From positions 65,946 to 129,945 of the forward strand of contig CAYQEE010000003.1 in the NCBI GenBank assembly GCA_964416445.1: a stretch of DNA of 64,000 nucleotides. The letters run 5' to 3'. Each line of letters opens with the position of its first letter. The stretch's first letter is position 1. A model generated the notes under the pieces. It searched no databases. It worked only from the letters and a program-made list of their open reading frames with translations, and had not been told where the DNA came from. This stretch comes from an uncultured Gammaproteobacteria bacterium (GTDB lineage Bacteria > Patescibacteriota > Microgenomatia > Levybacterales > UBA12049). The translations under genes and the position numbers were made by a program. Positions 48,839 to 58,390 of this stretch are shown piece by piece.

Positions 48839-49891
48839 ATGCATTATAGAAAAAAATATACTGTTATTTTAATTCTTACTTTACTCGTAATCGCTCTTAT
48901 TGCTTCATATAAAGGTCTAGTAGGAAATACTATATCGACATCTGATGCTGCTTCCATGAGTCCAGTTTCCCAAGATTTTATTGCTTCAATTGATACAATG
49001 AAGGAAAGTAGGGATACAGAAACTCGACCGTTATCCGGAACTGATATAGCTCAAGATATAAGTCTTATTGCAAGTTTGAATGCAACGCATATTACAGTTG
49101 CCACAAATTGGGATTATACATCTTATTTTAGACAATGGGTAACTGCAGTTCATGCAGCAGGTAAACATATATGGGTAAGAGGGCATCCAAATCAATGGGA
49201 AAATGATAACGGTGCAACAGGAATGATGACACCAAGTATGTATCTAACATACGAGAGAAATTTCATTTTACAAAATGCGGATCTATTCAAATCAGGAGAT
49301 ATCCTTGATACATGTTCAGAAACAGAGCAAGGTAAGTATTGGAAATCAAAAAGTTCTCCATGGAGCTCCCAAACTACAGCGGAATATAATCAATTCATTA
49401 GGGATAGCATTACTATTGCTGATGCGGCATTTGCGGAGAAAAAAATAACCGGCGTAATTACAACAATTCACTCTGTTAACGCCTATATAGCGAAACATCG
49501 TTTGGAGAAAGATACGATTGCAAAAATGGGTGTTGTTACTATTGATTCATATCCAGATCAGTATGATACGAATGTCTCACAGGCTGTATCGCACAGACTG
49601 AGTGAAATTTCCGGTGTATATAATACCGTCCATGTCCCGCTTATCATAGGAGAAATTGGTTACAGTAACAAAATTCAGGTCAGTGATCAATTGCAAAAAG
49701 ATGTACTCCGCGCTGAATTTAATGCAATTCAACAACTACCCTATATTGTTGGATTAAACTATTGGGTTGGTCCAGGGGGCCCTGGACATGGTGGATATAC
49801 GAATATCTTTGCTGGATCTTTCGGTAGATGGACTCTTCGTCCAGCTGCTTATGACCTCAAAAGTATGTTTCAGTTTGAAGAAACGAAATAG
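48839..49891 (+). CDS. Secreted TIM-barrel glycoside-hydrolase-like protein (GH5-like, tentative)
   Basis: Signal/TM. NQWEND (possible acid/base NE) and IGEIGYS (possible nucleophile Glu) resemble the GH5 NEP / GEFG arrangement. Confidence 0.35.
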   Translation: MHYRKKYTVILILTLLVIALIASYKGLVGNTISTSDAASMSPVSQDFIASIDTMKESRDTETRPLSGTDIAQDISLIASLNATHITVATNWDYTSYFRQWVTAVHAAGKHIWVRGHPNQWENDNGATGMMTPSMYLTYERNFILQNADLFKSGDILDTCSETEQGKYWKSKSSPWSSQTTAEYNQFIRDSITIADAAFAEKKITGVITTIHSVNAYIAKHRLEKDTIAKMGVVTIDSYPDQYDTNVSQAVSHRLSEISGVYNTVHVPLIIGEIGYSNKIQVSDQLQKDVLRAEFNAIQQLPYIVGLNYWVGPGGPGHGGYTNIFAGSFGRWTLRPAAYDLKSMFQFEETK

Positions 49892-50016
49892 TAGTAGATG
49901 AAAGTTATTTTGCATCAGTTCAAAATTTTATTTAACTCTTTATCCTTAATGCACTGAATTGCCTTAGAAATAGTTTGTATTTATTATGATTTACAGTGCG
50001 AAGCAAATGAGAATAA

Positions 50017-52650
50017 CTATGGAGTAGGTGTGGGCGTATTTGTATTTGGCTGAAAATTAAGTTGAGCAATATCTCCTCCCGTATTTTGATAATATTCCAT
50101 TACAATAGTATGGTTTCCTGAGGTCATGTTCTGATTCACAGTATAAGTAGTTGGAGGTTGATCAATCCATGCATCCAATACTTTAGTGCCATCGATATAT
50201 AATCGTGCTCCGTCATCTGATGTAACTGTAAATGTATATGAACCATTTTGAAAATTTTCTATACCTGTCCAACGAGCTGAGAAATGATTATTTGGAATTG
50301 CAGGATCAGGTGAACCCCCGTTCCAGTTAAAATTAATCACCGGGTCAACACGTGTTATTGTTGGTGTACCACTCAGTGTCATGTTTGAGTAGTATTCTGC
50401 ACTGTATTGTCCAGGAGGTGGAGTTGGTGGAACTGGAATTGGTGTTGGCGTCGGAGTTCCAGGTATCTGTTTGAAACTCAATTGAGCTACATCTCCTCCG
50501 GTATTTTGGTAATATTCCATGATAATAGTATGATTTCCAGCTGTTAATGTTTGGAAGGTATTATAGGTAGTGGGTGGCTCGTCCATCCATCCATCTATTA
50601 CTTTATTACCATCAATGTAGACTCTTACTCCATCGTCAGCTGTAGCGGTGAATTCATATTCCCCAGCTTGAAAGTTTTGAACACCTGTCCATCTTGCAGA
50701 GAATTGAGTATTATTGATGGACGGATCTGGTGATCCACCATTCCAGTTAAAATTAATCGTAGGGTCTACTCTAGTTAATATTGGTGTCCCTGAAAGTGTC
50801 ATATTGTTAAAATATTGTGCATTATATCCGGTAGAAGGTGTAGGTGTTGGAGTAGCATTACCAACAACACAATTATCACCTGTCCCAGTTGGGAGACAAG
50901 TTGGGTCTGACGTAAAGATAATTCGATCCACCTTCGTATTTGGTTTATTGCCTGACATGATAATGGAATGATTTCCCTGCGAAAGGTTTTGTGAAATAAT
51001 ATTTTGATTGTTACCACTTTGATAATTCACCCAAGTCCAAGTATTTGCTGGCATAGTACTAAGATCACCCACATCAATTGGGCATCCTCCATCAATTTGG
51101 AGATAATACGCATTTGAATTAGTATCTTGTGATTCAATTCTGCTCCAAATAGTATAGTTACCGGTTTGAGGTATAGAAATTGTATTTGCTACCTGTCCAG
51201 CCCCTGATGCTATTGGTGTACACTGTTGTATAGGTGTCGGAGTAGGTGTTTGTGTAGGTGTAAGTCCAGGAATATTAAACGCCCATACATTTGCTGCCGT
51301 ATCACCAATAAATACCTCACCGTTACTAATTGCCGGTGCGCCATATGCACCCCCACCTAATGAGACAGTAAACAATTGATTACCACTTGATGCATCAAGA
51401 GCTACAAGAGTATTAGTGTTACTCGTAGATGCATATATCAACAGTCCATTGGTATAGGCCATGTCTGCAATAACAGTTCCTTTAAGATCCTCGTGAGTCC
51501 AAACGTCATTTCCTGTTGCTGGATCAACGGCGCGCACTTCTCCAGCAGAACCACTAGCATTCGGATCTTTTCCTCCTGCGACGTATAAAAGATTGTGTAT
51601 AGAGTCGAATACAGGTGTTGAAATAGTTCCCTGACCGCATTGAGGGCATTCCCCTCCTATAGCAATCTGATTTGACCATACCGGTCCTGCTGATAAACTA
51701 GCTGTATTAAGTGCATATAATTTCCCATTTTTATGGCCCGCGATTGCCATTTTTGTTCCGTTTTTTGTAGTAAATAAGGTAACGGAAGAACCAAAATCAG
51801 GATCTGGAGTTGTGTTTGTCTCGCTATCTGGAACATGCCAATAGCTTTGTATTTGCATAGTAGCCGTATTAATTTGCAGCATTGCTTTCGCATAATTTTG
51901 TCCAGGTTGTGGTGTTCCAGTTGTCACGTACAATAATGGTGGATTAACTGAAGTATCAATTGCAGGAGTATACCAAATGCCTCCTCCAGCTGGTCCACTG
52001 GTAGGAACGATGTTTAATGTATTATCAATTGCATGAGTTGTTAAATTGATTTTCAAAAGTTGACCATGCACTAGTGGATTATCACAGAGACTAGAAAGGC
52101 CAACAAACGCATAGGGCGTGCCATTTACCGTTGTAATAGCAGCAGTTCCATAATTGTAATAATCTCCTTGTACCTGACTTGTATAGATCTGTGTTTTCCA
52201 AAGAATATTACCAGTTGATGGATCGAGGGCATAAAAATTTTGATCTCCACCAGTTATATATAATACACCATTAAATAATTGAGCTGAAGCTGTAACACCA
52301 GCTTTATTAGGATAACAGCCCTGTGCACTACTAGTAGTTATACCAACAAATGTTTTCCAAAGTGGAATACCAGTATCTCGATTAAATGCATACATATTTC
52401 CATCCCAGGACCCAACATAGACAGTTGATCCGTAAACAACTGGTTGTGCTGCAATAATCCCTCCTGTTTTATATGACCATAACTTTTTTAACGAGGTAAT
52501 ATTGGTTGTATTTAAAATCTGCTCAGCATTTTGGTTACTTGAATGAGTAAGGTCATACATATACATTGGCCAATCTGCAGCTAATGCATGATGAACGGTC
52601 AAAGACAAAAAGGTAAAAATTACACTTATAATAAATAACAATCGTTTCAT
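50017..52650 (-). CDS. Secreted surface protein: PQQ-type beta-propeller + Thr/Pro linkers + two C-terminal PA14 domains
   Basis: MKRLLFIISVIFTFLSLTVHHALA signal (the ORF is open to 52710, but the internal Met gives a canonical signal). Repeated PQQ blades. TPTPTP linkers. Two copies of ...FSARWTG..NFQ.G.Y.F....DDG.R.YIDG.KV.D.W (the PA14 signature). Confidence 0.65.
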   Translation of the reverse strand: MKRLLFIISVIFTFLSLTVHHALAADWPMYMYDLTHSSNQNAEQILNTTNITSLKKLWSYKTGGIIAAQPVVYGSTVYVGSWDGNMYAFNRDTGIPLWKTFVGITTSSAQGCYPNKAGVTASAQLFNGVLYITGGDQNFYALDPSTGNILWKTQIYTSQVQGDYYNYGTAAITTVNGTPYAFVGLSSLCDNPLVHGQLLKINLTTHAIDNTLNIVPTSGPAGGGIWYTPAIDTSVNPPLLYVTTGTPQPGQNYAKAMLQINTATMQIQSYWHVPDSETNTTPDPDFGSSVTLFTTKNGTKMAIAGHKNGKLYALNTASLSAGPVWSNQIAIGGECPQCGQGTISTPVFDSIHNLLYVAGGKDPNASGSAGEVRAVDPATGNDVWTHEDLKGTVIADMAYTNGLLIYASTSNTNTLVALDASSGNQLFTVSLGGGAYGAPAISNGEVFIGDTAANVWAFNIPGLTPTQTPTPTPIQQCTPIASGAGQVANTISIPQTGNYTIWSRIESQDTNSNAYYLQIDGGCPIDVGDLSTMPANTWTWVNYQSGNNQNIISQNLSQGNHSIIMSGNKPNTKVDRIIFTSDPTCLPTGTGDNCVVGNATPTPTPSTGYNAQYFNNMTLSGTPILTRVDPTINFNWNGGSPDPSINNTQFSARWTGVQNFQAGEYEFTATADDGVRVYIDGNKVIDGWMDEPPTTYNTFQTLTAGNHTIIMEYYQNTGGDVAQLSFKQIPGTPTPTPIPVPPTPPPGQYSAEYYSNMTLSGTPTITRVDPVINFNWNGGSPDPAIPNNHFSARWTGIENFQNGSYTFTVTSDDGARLYIDGTKVLDAWIDQPPTTYTVNQNMTSGNHTIVMEYYQNTGGDIAQLNFQPNTNTPTPTP

Positions 52651-52654
52651 TTCT

Positions 52655-53335
52655 TCATTGTGCAATAACAATATACATATCGCTTGCTGTGACTCCTCCG
52701 TTTGGACCAAGATTAACGCTGCCTGCTGGGAATGATTTCTGGTATATATGGAATGTCATCGTATGATTTTCATTATCTTGTAAATTCAAACCAGTATTAA
52801 TCCAACTTGTATCCATCCAAGAAGGTTTATTTAATCGTGCATCAACTGCTACCGAAATTGTTGCTGTTTGATTAATTGTGAAACTCATGAGAGTCTTTCC
52901 AGCATTCCAAGTTTTGGAACTATTTGCGGTGCGTATCCATTGACTACCGTTAAATATTATAGGAAGTGTTTTAAGAGTATATGTTCGATCACCATAAAGA
53001 ATATTTCCTTGTTGCATGTTTGTTTGCAATGAATAGTTTTTTGCATTTGTTGTATCAGCTATAACTAACTGAGATATTGTTAATTGAGATGTTTGTGTAG
53101 GTGTTGGAGTCATTGTTGGTGAAGCAGTAGCAGTAAAAAGAATATACTGCCCATTCGATGCTTGTGGATCGTTTTGTATTTTTACAGCACCCTGAAGATT
53201 TCCGCTTTCTGCCTCAATAGACACAACACTATTTGACCCAGTTGCAAAAACATGCATGGATGAAAATATTGCTATCGAAAAGATAATAATAACAATTATC
53301 AGTAATAATTTTTTTCTATTTCCGAATATATTCAT
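52655..53335 (-). CDS. Secreted protein with carbohydrate-binding-module-like N-domain (hypothetical)
   Basis: Signal peptide. SIEAESGNLQG resembles CBM6/35-type openings. A TPTPTQT linker. Its stop is 4 nt upstream of the PA14 protein's start. Confidence 0.35.
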   Translation of the reverse strand: MNIFGNRKKLLLIIVIIIFSIAIFSSMHVFATGSNSVVSIEAESGNLQGAVKIQNDPQASNGQYILFTATASPTMTPTPTQTSQLTISQLVIADTTNAKNYSLQTNMQQGNILYGDRTYTLKTLPIIFNGSQWIRTANSSKTWNAGKTLMSFTINQTATISVAVDARLNKPSWMDTSWINTGLNLQDNENHTMTFHIYQKSFPAGSVNLGPNGGVTASDMYIVIAQ

Positions 53336-53464
53336 ATAACCAAATTACCAAATTATTTTTATATTAAGATCTAATCACGTAAAATATACCAGATAATCAA
53401 AATTGTCAATGCCTATTTCGTTAAGTGAAATATCAAAATGATTAATCTGCTTACTTTTATTTCT

Positions 53465-55243
53465 TTATTTATACTTATTCGACAATATATTTTTAGCATT
53501 GGAAATTGTTTGAGAATTATCCGCTCGCTTTAGTCGATATATTTTAAAACCGTCTGAATTATAAACTAATTGATATTCTGTTTCTAACTGTTTATGTGCA
53601 TTAATAGTTAGAAATCTTGTAACGGAATCTTCTTTTACATGTTGATCATAAATGACCCATACAGCGTATTTTGCAGGATTATTTAATGATGTAAGCCAGT
53701 AATTACGCGAACCTTCATAGATAAAATTTTTATAAGGAAGTCCTGTTTGGAACATAAAATTTTCATGACGATTCGCACTGATTAAAATTAGCCCTTTATC
53801 ATATTTTTTGTTAAACCAAGATATACCTTGAGTATGTGTATAATACCAAGCTTTAGGCAGCTGAAAAAATAGAAAAAGTGGTGTAAATACGTTAGTATAA
53901 AGTTGAAAAACAATTATAAAAGTAGCTAGCATAGCGAATATTTTTTTCTTTGATGCAAAATAACCTATATAAAGTGCAATAAGTGGAGCCATTACGATGC
54001 CATAACGAATATTCGAATGTGAAACATTGTTAAATGATTTATTAAATATACTCGTTAAAGTAATCAAAGGGTATTCAATATCTGGAATTAAATCTTTTTG
54101 ATATCCATAGATAAGAAATATATAAAGTACCATTCCAATAATACTCAATGGAAGCAGAATAGAATAAGTATATATACGCTTGCGCATAATACCATATATT
54201 GATGCTATGATTAATAACAAAAACCCAATTGCAGCCAACAAAGTATTAAATATTCCATTCATCCATAACATTGCCTCCGAATATGCTGAAAATGATGATA
54301 ATAAAGATTTAGTAATATGTATATGATATCCAAGAGCATTCGACTCTGTAGTTGTAATTATTTGTCCTTTAGGCCCTGCATATAAATGTAACCAATACAG
54401 AGGGTCTTTATAGAAAAGTGCGCAATAAATACACCATAATACTATGCCATAGGAAGCAATTGTACCAAATAAGATTACTGTCCCTTCAAGCTTTTTTCTG
54501 TTATGGTCTTTTAAATAACTCAAAAAGCTCAGTACTAATACAGAAATAAATGTGCCCAGAAAAATAAAGTAGCCTTCGTAGCGTGTTAACGTAATGATAA
54601 TTAAAAAGAATCCAGTAAAAATGAGATTAAATAAGTCACGTTTTATTGCCCATTGTGTGAGAAAATAAACCACCATAATCATGCTTCCTAAAAAGAATGA
54701 TTCACTCAATGCCATTGTTTGAAGCAGCAGAATATTTATATTACTAATAAAAATGAACCAAACAAGAAAAGAAGAATATCTATTTTTTGTGACGAGAAAT
54801 GCTGTTTTATATAAGAAAATGCTACCTATAATAAACGAGCTCATCGAAATGATTGAGCCTGCTATTCCGGAATGCCATAGAAAGTTGTTGAGAATAAACG
54901 GTAACATAAGAATTTGGGGGAAAGGTAGCCAAATACCTCCTAACTGCCCAATTCCTGGAGTGATACTATCTAGCATTTTCCTTGCAATATTTAGACGAGC
55001 AATTGCATCATAATCGGCAAGAGTTTGTTGGCTTTGATAAAAATGTATAAAGCTCAGAAGGCTGATGATTATTGTTAAAATAAAAAGTATTTCTTTGTTG
55101 TACTTTAACTCTGAGGTAGATATCTTGCTAAAGACGAACCCAAAAATCTTTATAAAGGATTTTATTCTGTGGGTAAATAATATTTTCTTTGCATTTTTTC
55201 TAAGTAAATAATTCATAGTCTTTTTACAATTGAACTTTTTCAA
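53465..55243 (-). CDS. Polytopic membrane protein, putative GT-C glycosyltransferase (PMT/ArnT-like)
   Basis: About 14 TM helices and a first-loop ADYDAIARLN acidic motif. Its start overlaps the stop of the upstream GT2 gene by 20 nt. Confidence 0.35.
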   Translation of the reverse strand: MKKFNCKKTMNYLLRKNAKKILFTHRIKSFIKIFGFVFSKISTSELKYNKEILFILTIIISLLSFIHFYQSQQTLADYDAIARLNIARKMLDSITPGIGQLGGIWLPFPQILMLPFILNNFLWHSGIAGSIISMSSFIIGSIFLYKTAFLVTKNRYSSFLVWFIFISNINILLLQTMALSESFFLGSMIMVVYFLTQWAIKRDLFNLIFTGFFLIIITLTRYEGYFIFLGTFISVLVLSFLSYLKDHNRKKLEGTVILFGTIASYGIVLWCIYCALFYKDPLYWLHLYAGPKGQIITTTESNALGYHIHITKSLLSSFSAYSEAMLWMNGIFNTLLAAIGFLLLIIASIYGIMRKRIYTYSILLPLSIIGMVLYIFLIYGYQKDLIPDIEYPLITLTSIFNKSFNNVSHSNIRYGIVMAPLIALYIGYFASKKKIFAMLATFIIVFQLYTNVFTPLFLFFQLPKAWYYTHTQGISWFNKKYDKGLILISANRHENFMFQTGLPYKNFIYEGSRNYWLTSLNNPAKYAVWVIYDQHVKEDSVTRFLTINAHKQLETEYQLVYNSDGFKIYRLKRADNSQTISNAKNILSNKYK

Positions 55244-57473
55244 ATAATCCTTTTTTTAATGAAATAAGCTGTTTTCTAATATTTCCTGGAAATCGGAAAA
55301 AAGAAGGTACTTTAACTAATTCAATAATAATTTCAGGAGCTGCAGGGCTTAGATGTAAACCATGTACTGTCTTTTCCCAATAGTGAGGTTTAAAAATAAG
55401 TTGGTAAAATGCAATTCCTCCAGCAACACTGATCATAATCCAATATATGGGAATTAGGAAAATATATTTAATAAGATCCCATTGTTCTTTTTTGGCACAA
55501 CCGATCATATAGTAAAAAAGAAAAAGCGAATTACCCAAGACAAGAGAAATAATTGCTAAATACAACGTGGGTGCAGGAAACGCAGAATCAATTACTCGTC
55601 CAAAAATAGAATACAACGTAAAATAAAAAATAGTGACAACCCATAACAGCGGATTAATCAAGATAAACGCAATTTTTCCACCAATTACTAAATGAAAAAT
55701 CAAAGTGTGCCATTTTGTCTTTTTTATTAATTTTGTATGATTCCTACAATGTACTAAGTATGTTTGCATGTAACCTTTTATCCATCGAGATCGTTGGCGC
55801 AGCCAATTCCCCCACTGACTATTAGCCTCTTCTAAAGTTGTGGAGTCAATGATTGCTGTTTGGTATCCTTGTCTAAATAACCGTAAACCTAAATCAGCAT
55901 CTTCAGTAACGTTGAAAGGATCCCATCCTTCAAGTTTTCGTAAGTGAGCTATTCTAAAATGATTGCTTGTTCCTCCAAGAGGTATTGAGGTTTTCAATGA
56001 TTGCAAGCCGGTTAACGTAACATCAAACCATAAGGAATATTCAGCTGTAAAAAATCTGGTAAGTAAATTTTGTTGTGAATTATAATAATTTAATTTTGCT
56101 TGTAAACAGATTATACTTTTATTAACTTTTTGAAATGCTAGATATGCTTTTTTTAACTGTAATGGATCAGGAATATCTTCAGCGTCATAGATAACTAAGT
56201 ATTCGCCTTTAGCATGTGCAAGTCCATAGTTACATGCTTTGGGTTTTGTTTTTGGCACAGAATCTGGAACAAGAAGAATTCGAAAATATGAAGGGAGATT
56301 CATTTGTTTCGCAATAGTAATTGTTGTTTTGTCATCCTCTTCTAACAGTAATATAACATCAAGTTTTTCTTTAGGGTAATCAAGCTTACTGATAGAATCG
56401 ACAAACTGAGGAATAATATGTGCTTCTTTATAAAGTGGACAAAGTATGGTATAAGTTTTAAGCCTATCATTTTGAAGCTGACTTAACTCTGAAGAAAGAA
56501 ATGTAATTTCTTGTGGTTGATAAAGACTTTTACAAACTAAAAATAAACTGAATAACACGTCAGCAAAATAGATAAAACTAAGTAAAAATAGAAGCAATTG
56601 CACAGTAAAAATGGTATTAAAAGCGATTGCAAGGATGATAATGAGAATGATTAAAATAATATATACTTTTTGTTTACCTATTATCGTTTGTAATGCAGAT
56701 TCTGAATGATGAAGAGAGGAATGTGTAATATAAACATTTCCATTATACCGAATACCCGCCCCAATCATCTTATTATTATTTCCAGCTCGGAATGGAACTG
56801 GAGGAACAAGCATAAGCCGAAATCTTAAGGCATTTATTAAAAATCTCCAATAATATAAAGCTTTAGAGCTGTAAAATTTAATACTATTTTTTTCCGTATT
56901 TACTATATCAACTCTTTTTACAATAAATCCCGCCTTTTTTGCTTTATAGATTAGTTCCTGCCTGAAATCCTGTATATTTTTTGAAGTTATAGACAAGTGT
57001 ATTAGAAGATTTATTTTAAAAGCTATAATGTTGAGTTGAGGATTTTCTACGAGGTTAAATAAGTTTTGAACAAAAATTCTCTGAAATAAACTTTTTGTTT
57101 GTTTTGCTGAACCGTAAATGCGATTTTCGACAGTAATGTCTGCGTCGTTATCTAATAATTCAAGCATTTTCAAAATAGTTTCATCTGAGGATTTTAAATT
57201 AGGTTCTAACATTATGACAATGTTAAATTGAGCATTCTTAATTACTTCAGTTAGTGAGTCATTATTAAGTTTCTCTCCATTTTTTTTGTAAAAGGAAATA
57301 GGATAATATTTTGCTAATTTTTTAATATTTAAAATGTTCTTATTGGATGCCCCTTCATCAATAAAAATAATTTCATAAACAAATTTATGAAGACTACTAT
57401 GTAGTTTTATTAGAAAGGCATTTAAATCATATTCTTTATTCCGAACAGGAATAATAATAGATAATTTTTCCAT
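55224..57473 (-). CDS. Dual-domain GT2 glycosyltransferase: DPM1-like N-domain + processive (cellulose/chitin/hyaluronan-synthase-like) GT2 domain with QxxRW
   Basis: N-domain SIIIPVRNKEYDL...YEIIFIDEGASN. C-domain VIYDAEDIPD (DxD), TEDADLGLRL (TED) and QRSRWIKG (QxxRW). Multiple TM helices sit between and after the domains. Confidence 0.65.
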   Translation of the reverse strand: MEKLSIIIPVRNKEYDLNAFLIKLHSSLHKFVYEIIFIDEGASNKNILNIKKLAKYYPISFYKKNGEKLNNDSLTEVIKNAQFNIVIMLEPNLKSSDETILKMLELLDNDADITVENRIYGSAKQTKSLFQRIFVQNLFNLVENPQLNIIAFKINLLIHLSITSKNIQDFRQELIYKAKKAGFIVKRVDIVNTEKNSIKFYSSKALYYWRFLINALRFRLMLVPPVPFRAGNNNKMIGAGIRYNGNVYITHSSLHHSESALQTIIGKQKVYIILIILIIILAIAFNTIFTVQLLLFLLSFIYFADVLFSLFLVCKSLYQPQEITFLSSELSQLQNDRLKTYTILCPLYKEAHIIPQFVDSISKLDYPKEKLDVILLLEEDDKTTITIAKQMNLPSYFRILLVPDSVPKTKPKACNYGLAHAKGEYLVIYDAEDIPDPLQLKKAYLAFQKVNKSIICLQAKLNYYNSQQNLLTRFFTAEYSLWFDVTLTGLQSLKTSIPLGGTSNHFRIAHLRKLEGWDPFNVTEDADLGLRLFRQGYQTAIIDSTTLEEANSQWGNWLRQRSRWIKGYMQTYLVHCRNHTKLIKKTKWHTLIFHLVIGGKIAFILINPLLWVVTIFYFTLYSIFGRVIDSAFPAPTLYLAIISLVLGNSLFLFYYMIGCAKKEQWDLIKYIFLIPIYWIMISVAGGIAFYQLIFKPHYWEKTVHGLHLSPAAPEIIIELVKVPSFFRFPGNIRKQLISLKKGLFEKVQL

Positions 57474-57754
57474 AACAAATATCCAGGTATATTATTTAAA
57501 ACTAGAAAATATAGGGCAGATTCGAGGCAGGTACGTTCGTTTTCTCTATGAATTCCTCATAGTGAATTCTAATTACAGGATTTTATCATAAATCTTTTAA
57601 TAGTTTAAGTACCAAAATGCTTGATTGTTATTAAACGAAAGAAATTTAGAAATTTTTAATATAAAGTTACACAAATAGCTGATGATAACCACTCTGATTG
57701 TAGTTAGTATTATCTGTTGATATAAATTTTATTTATCCGCTATAAAGCTAATTG

Positions 57755-58288
57755 TTATTTAGTTACTAAAAAAGATACAGGGTTACTCGTGCCGTTTTTA
57801 TTGATTACACTAATTAGATATGGTTGTAATTGTGTTTGCTGAACTAATATTGCCATACAATGAACTTGAGAATTTTGAAAAGGTCGATTACAACCTCCAT
57901 AAGCTTTATCAGGAATAGAGAAAGTTATTGAAGTTCCATCAAGAGAAGTATATGGGCCTAAATATGCAGAACCAAATTGAATGTAATTTTGCACCAATGA
58001 AAATCCCGACCCAGTGATGGTAACCGAAGTAGAAATAGAACCTTGTCCCGGTGAAAGTGAGTTAATCATTACTGAACCATTCTGTCTTGTTATAGAAGCT
58101 ATGGGGAGACTAATAATAGGACGTATAGGTAATGTTACTGGTGGTTTACTATTTTGATCAATTATCGATTGATAGTGTCTTCCATAAAAAAAACCAACGA
58201 TCGGTATAAAAATAAAAAGAATTAAAGCAATAGTTTTAGATAATGGAGTAACGGTAGTTAATGACTTTGAAATCTTCATTATTTTCAT
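57755..58288 (-). CDS. Secreted IPT/TIG (Ig-like) domain protein
   Basis: Signal/TM, then ISTSVTITGSGFS...TSITFSIP, a typical IPT/TIG beta-sandwich pattern. Confidence 0.4.
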   Translation of the reverse strand: MKIMKISKSLTTVTPLSKTIALILFIFIPIVGFFYGRHYQSIIDQNSKPPVTLPIRPIISLPIASITRQNGSVMINSLSPGQGSISTSVTITGSGFSLVQNYIQFGSAYLGPYTSLDGTSITFSIPDKAYGGCNRPFQNSQVHCMAILVQQTQLQPYLISVINKNGTSNPVSFLVTK

Positions 58289-58390
58289 TATTCAAGAAAA
58301 CAATCGTAAGGTCAATATCCAATTTGAAGTGAATTTTAAATAAAACAAGAACAGGAACTGGTGATTATATAATGAAACAAGAAAAAATTT

